Source of the DNA: Balneolales bacterium
Lineage (GTDB): Bacteria; Bacteroidota; Rhodothermia; Balneolales; Natronogracilivirgulaceae
DNA: 64,000 nucleotides
Reading direction: 5' to 3'
NCBI GenBank assembly: GCA_007128855.1
Contig: SKWQ01000002.1
Span: forward strand, 4,325-68,324
The notes under the pieces were generated by a model. It had not been told where the DNA came from. It saw only the letters and a program-made list of their open reading frames with translations, and did not search any database. Positions 10,281-19,307 of the stretch are shown piece after piece. Position numbers and translations under genes: made by a program. Every line of letters begins with the position of its first letter. Position 1 is the first letter of the stretch.

Positions 10281-10928
10281 TTAGACGAACCAGGTTTCCC
10301 TGCGGACCTGCTGGTCAAGAAGTTGTTCTTCCAGATTGTAGACCTGGTTGTAGCCTACGGTGATGATAAGAATGCCGCAGCTGACCAACAGCATCCATAC
10401 ATAGGCCGGCATAGTGAAAACGCTTTCAGGCAGCCAGTACAGTGTAAATGTGACTGCAAAAAAAACTACACCGACAAGCATATACCCATATTCGCTGTTT
10501 TGATATGTTCTGAAGCCGTAGATAAGCAGGCTGATCGTTAAGGCACTTCCCTGGAATATGGCCAGAGCCCATTGTTTCACCATGACCGTATCAATGATCA
10601 GCGGATAGATCGCGATCAGTATCAGGGGCAAAAATGCAAAGGATTTTGGGAAACGTGAAAAAACAGGTTTGAAATCCCTAATCAGCGCCCCCGCGGCTGA
10701 CAACAGAAAGGCGGAGGAAAATACGGACGACCACTCACCGATGAAGTATGGATCCAGAACAGGAAAAAACTCAGCCAGAAACGAAGAAACCCCGATAATT
10801 GCCAGAAAGGCAGCAGCCGTTCCTAGGCAGAAATGAAAAATCTTACGTCCGAGTGAATAGATACGGTAGAAATTTATCGTGGCGTAAAAAGCGACTATAA
10901 AGAGAATGATACCTGAAAATGCATCCAT
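10281..10928 (-). CDS. Hypothetical polytopic membrane protein (215 aa)
   Basis: Six to seven hydrophobic segments. No recognisable family. Confidence 0.5.
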   Translation of the reverse strand: MDAFSGIILFIVAFYATINFYRIYSLGRKIFHFCLGTAAAFLAIIGVSSFLAEFFPVLDPYFIGEWSSVFSSAFLLSAAGALIRDFKPVFSRFPKSFAFLPLILIAIYPLIIDTVMVKQWALAIFQGSALTISLLIYGFRTYQNSEYGYMLVGVVFFAVTFTLYWLPESVFTMPAYVWMLLVSCGILIITVGYNQVYNLEEQLLDQQVRRETWFV

Positions 10929-10989
10929 TTGGTAAGTATTTATTACAAAATGCTATATTATGATCGGGAATGAACGGTCTGAAGCCCCA

Positions 10990-11511
10990 TTACGGGCCTT
11001 GACGATTCAACTCCATCGCAAGCACCCGTTCCGCAATTTTTTTCAACTGCTTCCTGTCGAACCTGACCATCATTTCCAGAAGGTCAGAAACCTGAATTTC
11101 ACCCTCCTTTAACAGGATTTTCTTTTGGAAAACCTGTGATCCGCAACGCTCGAGTTCAGAGAGGAAATCACTGCGTTTGGCAATGAGCCGGTCAAGCAGT
11201 TGCTCCGGTTCATGTTCCGATAACCTGACTTGTTTGAGCCGGGACTCGAACTCCATGCTGATATCCCTTGCTATATCCCCTTCCCATTTTCGATCTCTCA
11301 CCAGGGGAAGAAAAAATGAGTCGGAAGCATGACCGATCATCGACAGCATGTCAAGCACGGACTCCTGGCCCATCGGTCGTTCGGCGAACGGGATTTCCTT
11401 GATCAGGTTCCTCAGTTCGGAAAGTTCCTCCATGAGCCAGGCAATATCCTGAATCAGGATGTCCTGTTCGGGCGGACCCGGTCTTTCCGGTGTATTTCGT
11501 TGCGGTTTCAT
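10990..11511 (-). CDS. Hypothetical protein (173 aa)
   Basis: Clean ORF directly downstream of nuoI on the same strand. Helical and charged, with no motif recognised. Confidence 0.45.
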   Translation of the reverse strand: MKPQRNTPERPGPPEQDILIQDIAWLMEELSELRNLIKEIPFAERPMGQESVLDMLSMIGHASDSFFLPLVRDRKWEGDIARDISMEFESRLKQVRLSEHEPEQLLDRLIAKRSDFLSELERCGSQVFQKKILLKEGEIQVSDLLEMMVRFDRKQLKKIAERVLAMELNRQGP

Positions 11512-11553
11512 GAGATCGCTTAACTTTTGAGATCAAAGTATCGCCAACCAGGG

Positions 11554-12240
11554 TCAATCCCGCATGAGTTCCGTCTGTTTGTCCTGCTTGCGCTGCTCTT
11601 CGATCATTTCCACCAGTGACAAACTTGTTTCCCACCGCTTGTCACGATTCCGGACCGAATGGATATTGTTCTCCTCATCAAAGTTCCAGAACTGGCCAAA
11701 CTGACGGTTTTTGTATTCACGAAGGTATTCCAGTCTGTCCTTGAGCTCCTCTTTTCTGACCAGCAGCTTGGATTTGTCATATACAGCCTCTTCCCTTGAT
11801 TCAAATACAAGGTCGTAATCCTTGCTCATCACAATGGCTTCTTCCGGGCACACTTCTTCACAATATCCACAGTATATGCAGCGAAGCATGTTGATTTCGA
11901 AAAAATTCGGGTAACGCTCCTTGGGGTCGTCGCTGTTTTCGGAGGCCTGCATGCTGATAGCCAGCGGCGGACATGCGCGGGCGCAAAGTCCGCAGGCCAC
12001 GCACCGTTCCTGCCCCTCGTCTTCCACAAGGACCGGACGGCCGCGAAAGATGGCTGGCGGTTCAAACCGCTCTTCAGGGTACAACATGGTGAATTTTGGC
12101 TGGAACATCTGCTTAAGTGTGTACCACATCCCACGGAAAATTTCCGGCAGATAGATTCTTTCCAGGAAGTTCAATGACCGCTCCCGTGCGGGATCGCTCA
12201 CTTTTGCATTGGTTCTGGGTATCTCAAGGTTATCGGACAT
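11554..12240 (-). CDS. nuoI: NADH-quinone oxidoreductase subunit I (2x[4Fe-4S] ferredoxin) with C-terminal extension
   Basis: '[12 protein letters not shown]' and '[12 protein letters not shown]' lie in the NuoI context ('[20 protein letters not shown]', '[12 protein letters not shown]'). The ORF is open to 12333; the Met at 12240 gives 228 aa. Confidence 0.85.
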   Translation of the reverse strand: MSDNLEIPRTNAKVSDPARERSLNFLERIYLPEIFRGMWYTLKQMFQPKFTMLYPEERFEPPAIFRGRPVLVEDEGQERCVACGLCARACPPLAISMQASENSDDPKERYPNFFEINMLRCIYCGYCEEVCPEEAIVMSKDYDLVFESREEAVYDKSKLLVRKEELKDRLEYLREYKNRQFGQFWNFDEENNIHSVRNRDKRWETSLSLVEMIEEQRKQDKQTELMRD

Positions 12241-12366
12241 AAAGCAATTCGGGTCGCATAGTTTAAAATGGCAAATCCTGAAAAACCTGCTTTCGGACAT
12301 CCTCAAAAATAACGCATGTACGTGTTCTATCAAAGAAAACTCTCACGGAATGCCACAGCAAAGAGG

Positions 12367-13674
12367 TTATTTTTCCTTGAATACCATGGTCACGGGTACA
12401 CCATGGAACCCAAACCACTCACGTAGCTGGTTTTCAATGTACCGCCTGTAGTTGGCCGGAAGTTCTTTGGGCATGTTCATGAAGAAAGCAAATACCGGCG
12501 GACGGCTCTTGACCTGGGTCACGTATTTGATCGTCAGCTGATGTCCCCTTGCGTAGGGAAGCGGTCGCTGGGCCGTGATCTCCTTGAGGAAGCGGTTGAG
12601 TTCCGAAGTGGTGATTTTTTTGGAACGCTGCTCCAGGACTTTTACGGCCTCGTCGATGACACGGTGGATCCGCTGTCCCGTCTTGGCGGAAATGGTCACC
12701 ACCGGCACGTACTTCAGGGTTGCCACCTTGTGGTAAACGGCTTCCATGAACTCCTTGGCCGTATTTGTCTCTTTTTCTATCAGATCCCATTTGTTCAGGG
12801 CGATGATCATGCCTTTGTTGAACTGTTCTGCCTGCCTGAGCAGGCGCGCATCCTGCAACTGGAAACCCTGCGAGGCATCGACCAGGAGTATGGCCACATC
12901 ACATTCACGGATGCTTTTTTCGGTGCGGACCAGGCTGTAGAACTCGATATTGTCGTGCACCCTGGAGCGTTTTCGGAGCCCGGCCGTGTCCACAAGGGTG
13001 TAGGTTCCGTCATTGTATTTCAGCAGGCTGTTGACCGAGTCCCTGGTGGTACCGGGAATATCGGTTACGATGCAGCGCTCATCGTTGAGCAGTGCGTTGA
13101 TGAAGCTGCTTTTGCCCACGTTGGGCCTGCCGATAACCGCCAGTTTAGGCCATTTTTCTGCTTCGGTTTCTTCTTTCTGCGCTGGAAGCACCTCTGCGAG
13201 CCGGTCAAGCAGCTCCCCTGTCCCGGTTCCCGACAGTGCCGAAACCGGGAACAGATCCTCGAATCCAAGACGGTAGAACTCCGGGGCCAACATGGCTTTT
13301 TCGCTGTTGTCGGATTTGTTCACTGCCACAATGACGGGTTTCTTCTGCTTTCTGAGCAGTTCCGCTACCGCATCGTCTTCGGTGGTGATACCCTGGAGCA
13401 CATCCACCACAAACAGGATCAGATCGGCTTCCTGTATGGCGAGCTCCACCTGGTTCCGGATACCGGTTACGATGGCATCGCCCTTTCCGGAAAGATAACC
13501 ACCCGTGTCGATGACGGTGAAATCACGTCCGTTCCAGAAACTCTCCCCATAATGGCGGTCCCTGGTCACCCCCGACTCATCATGCACGATGGCCTGACGT
13601 TCGCCGAGCAGGCGATTGAACAGGGTGGATTTACCGACATTGGGTCGGCCTACTATGGCTACTACCGGCAGCAT
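12367..13674 (-). CDS. der: Ribosome-associated GTPase Der (EngA)
   Basis: Two tandem G domains ('GRPNVGKSTLFN' and 'GRPNVGKSSFIN', each followed by 'DT.G' and 'NK.D') plus a C-terminal KH-like domain. Confidence 0.95.
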   Translation of the reverse strand: MLPVVAIVGRPNVGKSTLFNRLLGERQAIVHDESGVTRDRHYGESFWNGRDFTVIDTGGYLSGKGDAIVTGIRNQVELAIQEADLILFVVDVLQGITTEDDAVAELLRKQKKPVIVAVNKSDNSEKAMLAPEFYRLGFEDLFPVSALSGTGTGELLDRLAEVLPAQKEETEAEKWPKLAVIGRPNVGKSSFINALLNDERCIVTDIPGTTRDSVNSLLKYNDGTYTLVDTAGLRKRSRVHDNIEFYSLVRTEKSIRECDVAILLVDASQGFQLQDARLLRQAEQFNKGMIIALNKWDLIEKETNTAKEFMEAVYHKVATLKYVPVVTISAKTGQRIHRVIDEAVKVLEQRSKKITTSELNRFLKEITAQRPLPYARGHQLTIKYVTQVKSRPPVFAFFMNMPKELPANYRRYIENQLREWFGFHGVPVTMVFKEK

Positions 13675-13768
13675 ATGGATGTCAAAATTGAGATGACTTG
13701 TGACTTTGCAGGCAAAGTTTTTTTATCTTAGAAAAGATACACATGGTTACCCCAGTAAAAAAACAGAT

Positions 13769-14008
13769 ATGCTTCATATCATTCACGAGCATTTTGGAAC
13801 AGTTGGTTCCATTTTGATTGCATTGATGGCCTTTACATTTATTATCCTGTGGATTGCAGCGATTTCAGGCATCCATGAATATCCTTATTCCGAGAAACGG
13901 AAGCTTCTGATATCGGCGCTGTTCATCCTCCTTCCGCCGTATGCACTCATCTGGCTGGCCAAGGATATGTACCGGCAGTACAGGATCCTCAAGCTGGATA
14001 AGGACTGA
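13769..14008 (+). CDS. Small hypothetical membrane protein (about 79 aa, two TM)
   Basis: The ORF is open from 13700. Two hydrophobic helices. No family recognised. Confidence 0.3.
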   Translation: MLHIIHEHFGTVGSILIALMAFTFIILWIAAISGIHEYPYSEKRKLLISALFILLPPYALIWLAKDMYRQYRILKLDKD

Positions 14009-14094
14009 ACCGACCACTGTCACAATCCTTTCAGACCCTTCGGGACCCAGTTTAGCACTTGACGGACAAATTCCGGTCCCGCAGGACAACCCGT

Positions 14095-16095
14095 CTAATT
14101 GTTCTCTTTAAGCTGCTTCCGCCCGGGTTCTTCTTCCAATTGCCATGGTTCCAGCACATCCTCTGCTACATCATTCAGGAACCGCGACGGATTTGAAAAG
14201 TAATCCCCGTAAGAGCTCTCTTTTGTGACCGGATAGGATATGAACAATCTCTCACGTGCGCGTGTGCATGCCACATACAGTAACCGCAACTCTTCGTCCA
14301 GGTCGCCTGGATCATCCAAAGCGTATCCGGATGGGATGATGCCGTCAAGGCACTGAATAAGGAAAACCGTATCCCACTCGAGACCTTTTGCTGAATGAAT
14401 GGTACTCAGCACCAGGGGTTCTTCATCTTTTCTGGTTCCCTCGGTGTCCATGGCCGTGGCGTCAAGCGGATCCAATGCCAGCTCCTGCAAAAGTTGGTCA
14501 AGGTTCGAATAACCAGAGCAAAGGCCGGAAAAAGCCTCCAGGTCCTTGATCCTTTTAGGGTGGTCATCAAACCGTTTGCTGCATATCGGCTTGTAATACG
14601 CAACGATGGCTTCCACCGCGTTACCCGGTTGGTCCCGGAAACCGGCCAGTTCCGCGAGAACGACGCTGAGCTTTTCAAGCTGTTTTTGATAGGAACGGCT
14701 TACAAGTCCGGAATCAAGGAAGTCGCGGGATCTGTTCTTCCTCAGCCATGAAATCAACTCCTGTGCTGTTTTCGGACCGATGCCGTCCAGCAGCAAAAGC
14801 ACCCTGCTCCATGCAATTTGGTCATCCGGATTTACAATTACCTTAAGATGAGATAAGACATCGCGTATATGGGCCGCTTCAGCAAACTTTTGTCCTCCGA
14901 ACTTCTGAAACGGGATATTTTGCCTGTTCAACTCCCATTCCAGGTCGTAAGAGTCCCGGCCATTTCGGAACAGGATGGCAATATCCCCCAGGGATATCCC
15001 CTGCTCCCGAAGTTGCAGCAGCATTTGCGAAACAAAACGGGACTGGTCCCTCTCACACGGAGCCCTTACCAGACCGGGAAGGTCTCCCCCCTCCTTCCTG
15101 GTGAACAAGCTTTTGTTAAACTTTTGCGAAGCTTTATTCATCAAAGTGTTTGAAAGATCAAGGATCGGCTGAACCGAACGGTAGTTTTCTTCCAGACGAA
15201 TGATCCGGCAATGATCAAACTGATCCGGAAAATCGAGGATGTTTCGGAAATCTGCTCCACGAAAGGCGTAAATACTTTGAGCATCATCGCCCACGGCCAT
15301 CAGGTTTTTGTGTTCAGAACTGAACAGTTTTGCAAGATCTGCCTGGAGTCTGTTTGTATCCTGATACTCATCCACCATGACATGTCGGTTTCCCTTGGCC
15401 ACTTTCCTTCTTATATCTTCGTCATGCTGCAATAAACGGTAGGTTTGAACCAGCAAATCGTCAAAATCCATTACAGCATTATCACTTTTATATTCAGAGT
15501 ATCTCTTTTGGACCTCTTCGATGGCATCATGGTGTGAAAGAAACTGCGGGTATGCGGATGCAAGCATCTCGTAAAGGGGGAGCTGGCGGTTCACAGATGC
15601 TGAAAACATGGCCAAAAGGGTGTTTTTCTGCGGAAATCTTTTCCCACGAAGCTGTGCGGCCAACGGGGCGCGGGCAAGATGGACGGCATCGGCGGCGTCT
15701 GACTGGTCCAGCAAGGTGAAGCTGTCCGGAAATCCGATGCGATCGGCATGCATATGCAGCAACTGGTTGCAGTAATGGTGGAAGGTGCCGCCCCTGACAT
15801 GGGAGCAGCGTTCATCGAGCACCAAGGCGGCCTTGTCCAGCATCTCCCTGGCAGCCCGCCGTGTGAACGTCAGCAGCAGGATCGAAGAAGGCGGGACGCC
15901 ATCTTCCACAAGCCGTGCCACCCGATAGACCAGGGTTCGGGTTTTCCCCGTCCCGGCACCGGCTATGACCAGGGCGGGTCCGTTTTCATGCATAACAGCG
16001 GCATGCTGCTTTTCGTTAAGCAGGTCGGCGTAGGCAATGCGATAGTCCTCGCCCCTTGGGTTTCCGGAATCCTGTTGCAATACGAATCTTCTCAT
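14095..16095 (-). CDS. ATP-dependent DNA helicase, UvrD/Rep/PcrA family
   Basis: Walker A 'AGAGTGKT', motif II 'VMVDEYQDTN', 'LEENYRS', and 'TIHSAKGLEWDTVF...LYVACTRARERL'. The ORF is open to 16137. Confidence 0.9.
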   Translation of the reverse strand: MRRFVLQQDSGNPRGEDYRIAYADLLNEKQHAAVMHENGPALVIAGAGTGKTRTLVYRVARLVEDGVPPSSILLLTFTRRAAREMLDKAALVLDERCSHVRGGTFHHYCNQLLHMHADRIGFPDSFTLLDQSDAADAVHLARAPLAAQLRGKRFPQKNTLLAMFSASVNRQLPLYEMLASAYPQFLSHHDAIEEVQKRYSEYKSDNAVMDFDDLLVQTYRLLQHDEDIRRKVAKGNRHVMVDEYQDTNRLQADLAKLFSSEHKNLMAVGDDAQSIYAFRGADFRNILDFPDQFDHCRIIRLEENYRSVQPILDLSNTLMNKASQKFNKSLFTRKEGGDLPGLVRAPCERDQSRFVSQMLLQLREQGISLGDIAILFRNGRDSYDLEWELNRQNIPFQKFGGQKFAEAAHIRDVLSHLKVIVNPDDQIAWSRVLLLLDGIGPKTAQELISWLRKNRSRDFLDSGLVSRSYQKQLEKLSVVLAELAGFRDQPGNAVEAIVAYYKPICSKRFDDHPKRIKDLEAFSGLCSGYSNLDQLLQELALDPLDATAMDTEGTRKDEEPLVLSTIHSAKGLEWDTVFLIQCLDGIIPSGYALDDPGDLDEELRLLYVACTRARERLFISYPVTKESSYGDYFSNPSRFLNDVAEDVLEPWQLEEEPGRKQLKENN

Positions 16096-16242
16096 GGATG
16101 GAATATATGTAAATAATATGTTTAAGGTAACTATCACGATTTAGCGGAGCGATGCAGCCGGAATTGCAGTTTTTTGATCCTCCGTGCATGATAATCGTAA
16201 AAAAATCTTATTATAGATTCATATACACTGAATACCTGCTGC

Positions 16243-18138
16243 ATGAAAGTTCGCTTCATCCTTCCCATTACGATTCTGTTAATGCACTCGACGTTTCTTG
16301 TCCAGTGCGGAAAGGTCGATACAGACCGCGAGGCAAACCGTCTCTTTGTAGAGGCATACCAGCAAACCGAATTGGCTTTGCAAAGTGAAGCACGTGACCC
16401 TGCTGAAGCGCATGCCCACTACAGGCAGGCACTCGAGAAAATCGAGAGCATCATTTACAAGTATCCCAATACCTCTGTAGCTGTAGATGTCGCTCAGCAT
16501 CGGACCCGGATCGGTGAGATCACAATCGGCGATTTAAGAAACAAAGTTCCACATTTTGCTGCCAAGGCCGATGCACTCGAGAGTTTTCACAATCTGACCC
16601 TTTACCTGATCGACTTTGAGGATGTGGAAGAGCGTGCATTGCGGCGGCTTTCCTATGCTGCCATACTTAAGAGGCACGGACAAAACAGCCTTCATGACGA
16701 ACTCGTGCATCAGGTAAGACGTCAGGCCGACCGGCACTGGGACAGGCAGGTCATAGACCGGCTCTACTATGAACTGTCAGGGCACCATGCTTCCCAGTCG
16801 CAATGGGATCAAAGTCTGCAGCTTATTGACCGGCTTCAGGACCGCGAACTTCTTTTCGGGTCTCTGGACCACCTGCTTGAATCGGGATACTTGCGTGACC
16901 GGAGCGGCCGGGGTTACCTGGATGTAGCTGCTTATCTGGACTATCTTGATCCGGTCAACCGCATCCGGCTTGCCGGACGTCTGATCGATGACCTGATTGC
17001 AACCGGTAATCGTCCCCAGGCCATGGCCATACTGCAGGAAGGGTTCCCTGCTCCGGAGGAGAACAATGTGCTTGACTATGTCAATGCCCTTGCCCGCTTG
17101 TCATCAGTCCTGGCCGGTCATGGTGAGGTCGGGGCCAGTAAATCCGCGATAGCGCAAATTGTAAACTTCGATTCTGATTATGCTGATTTTGCTCTTCGGG
17201 ATCTGTCCGTGACGATTGCCCGATACGGAGATCTGGAAGAAGCACTTGGACTTGCGGAAGCATTCGAACGCCCCTACTTCCGCAACACGGCATTTGCCGG
17301 CATTGCCCTTGAGATGGCGCGCAGGGATAGTGTAGCCCAGGCATTGAGCTTGTTGGGCCAGATCCCGGATAATATTGACGAAAAAACGGAAACCATGCTT
17401 GAACTTGCCGGCATGGATCTCGATGGGGAATCGCTTGCCGACTCTCTTCTTCAGGTGGCGGTGTCACGCATCCAGACCCTGGACTCCCCCATTGCCAGGA
17501 CAAGCTCCCATATACAATTGGCGGACATACATATCCGGCATGACAGGCGATCCATGGCTGCGGAAGCCATGGAGGAGGCAGAGCGTCATGCATCCGGGAT
17601 TTCCGATCCTGAAAACATCAATAAGCTTCTAACCGATATCATAAAGAGATGGATTTCACTTGGAAGGCCTGATCGGGCTTTGGATATTGCCGCTTGGTAC
17701 CACATGGACCACCCATCCTTCAGGGCAGGGATGCCCGATATGTTCACCTTTGCCATTCAGCGAGGTTTCCACGATTTTGCACGAACTCTGGCCGGAATTA
17801 CCGATGACAGGGCCCGTTATATGCATGTGCTTGTATCTGTCTACCTGGAACAGGGGATGATTTCCCAACCATCCGAACTTGCCTACGAGATCAGGAATTA
17901 TTACTGGCGGTCCCGTGCACTTGCACAACTCTCAACAGAATTGAAAATAAAGGTGAACACAGCTACCGCGGAGCGGGCAGCAACCGATGCCCTGTTGACG
18001 ATTCAGAGGATCCGGGACCGGGCCGAAAAGAGGCAGGCGCTTTATCATACGGTATCACTACTTTCCGCTGCCGGGATAAACATGGACCGGGACCGGCGTC
18101 CGCTGGTCATTGAACTGATCGGTCACATCGACAGCTGA
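16243..18138 (+). CDS. Hypothetical lipoprotein, helical-repeat (TPR-like) architecture
   Basis: 631-aa ORF. Signal peptide with lipobox 'FLVQC'. The remainder is a long alpha-helical, repeat-like sequence. Confidence 0.6.
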   Translation: MKVRFILPITILLMHSTFLVQCGKVDTDREANRLFVEAYQQTELALQSEARDPAEAHAHYRQALEKIESIIYKYPNTSVAVDVAQHRTRIGEITIGDLRNKVPHFAAKADALESFHNLTLYLIDFEDVEERALRRLSYAAILKRHGQNSLHDELVHQVRRQADRHWDRQVIDRLYYELSGHHASQSQWDQSLQLIDRLQDRELLFGSLDHLLESGYLRDRSGRGYLDVAAYLDYLDPVNRIRLAGRLIDDLIATGNRPQAMAILQEGFPAPEENNVLDYVNALARLSSVLAGHGEVGASKSAIAQIVNFDSDYADFALRDLSVTIARYGDLEEALGLAEAFERPYFRNTAFAGIALEMARRDSVAQALSLLGQIPDNIDEKTETMLELAGMDLDGESLADSLLQVAVSRIQTLDSPIARTSSHIQLADIHIRHDRRSMAAEAMEEAERHASGISDPENINKLLTDIIKRWISLGRPDRALDIAAWYHMDHPSFRAGMPDMFTFAIQRGFHDFARTLAGITDDRARYMHVLVSVYLEQGMISQPSELAYEIRNYYWRSRALAQLSTELKIKVNTATAERAATDALLTIQRIRDRAEKRQALYHTVSLLSAAGINMDRDRRPLVIELIGHIDS

Positions 18139-18171
18139 ATGTGCAAATTGTAATACCTTATTACACATATC

Positions 18172-19230
18172 ATGGACATTTCATTTCGACATGGAGTATT
18201 TTTGCTGGCGGCAGCCATTGTTTTTGCATTCTCCTGCACCCGTCCGGTCGTATACTTAGGCCAGGAGCCTGGCACGGGGGAATACCTGACCGGTTATCCG
18301 GCAGGCAATGCTGCCCCGCACCTTGAAAAAATCCAGAGATCGGTCAAGAGAATCACCAGCACTTCTCACTACGAAACGTATCTCTTTGAGCCCGGAACCC
18401 GGGTTGTGCCGGCGCAGGTTGCGTCGGCTGCCTCCCTCGAATCACTTGCCAGCACTGTTGTTCAAAGCCACACCACCTCGTCCGGGACAGCTATTGTCAT
18501 CCACAACAGAGACGACCTTATCGGCATGATCACAACCCGGCACGTCATCGCCTCACCGGATACGCTGTATGAATATTTTGAAACCAGACAACCCTACCTG
18601 AGCAGCGTAACGATCAAGAAAAGTCAGGTCAACTGGCTCTTTGATGCGCCCTATGTCGGTACCTTCGAGGTGCTTGCGGAGGATGAGCTTGCCGATCTGG
18701 CCATCATTGGTGCAAGGGTGGATCCTTCCGTGCTGGATGTACCTGTCAGGGAGCAGTTTCCGGTTTTCCCGTACCCGTTCGGACGTCCGGAGCGAATGCG
18801 TGTGGGTACATTCACATACAATTTCGGGTATCCGCGTGGCTATCCCATGATCACTACTGCCATCGTCAGCCAGCCCCGTCGCGACCGGCATCATTCGTTC
18901 GTGACGGACGGGCTCTTCAATCCCGGATTCAGCGGTGGTGCAGTCGTTGCGATCAACGGCGGGCTTCCGGCCTTTGAATGGGTGGGCATGGCACGATCCA
19001 CCTCGGCATCACGTGAATGGTTCCTGGTGCCGGATGAGGATGCAGCCATGGAACATCAGCCGCACCTGCCCTTTGAAGGGGAGGTTTTTACCGAACAGAA
19101 AGCCCTGATCCACTACGGAATCACGCATGTCATATCCAGCTCCCAGATCCGCAAACTGCTTGAGGACAATGCCATATATCTGCTCTCGCGCGGGTACAAC
19201 GTATTGCCGCTCATTCAGCGACGAGACTGA
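18172..19230 (+). CDS. Trypsin-like (S1/PA clan) serine protease lipoprotein, no PDZ domain
   Basis: Lipobox 'AFSC'. Candidate catalytic triad contexts are 'TTRHVI' (His), 'DLAIIG' (Asp) and 'NPGFSGGAVV' (Ser). Confidence 0.6.
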   Translation: MDISFRHGVFLLAAAIVFAFSCTRPVVYLGQEPGTGEYLTGYPAGNAAPHLEKIQRSVKRITSTSHYETYLFEPGTRVVPAQVASAASLESLASTVVQSHTTSSGTAIVIHNRDDLIGMITTRHVIASPDTLYEYFETRQPYLSSVTIKKSQVNWLFDAPYVGTFEVLAEDELADLAIIGARVDPSVLDVPVREQFPVFPYPFGRPERMRVGTFTYNFGYPRGYPMITTAIVSQPRRDRHHSFVTDGLFNPGFSGGAVVAINGGLPAFEWVGMARSTSASREWFLVPDEDAAMEHQPHLPFEGEVFTEQKALIHYGITHVISSSQIRKLLEDNAIYLLSRGYNVLPLIQRRD

Positions 19231-19307
19231 ATGCGCGAGTGAATTCACGGGATGCCGTCGGTAATTTGGTCACCATCCGGCCTCAGGCAACACCCGGGTG
19301 AACATGA

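Noticed and set aside
12541-13731. A 396-aa + strand ORF opposite der.
   Set aside because: It is antisense to an unambiguous double-G-domain GTPase and has no recognisable motifs. It is a shadow ORF.
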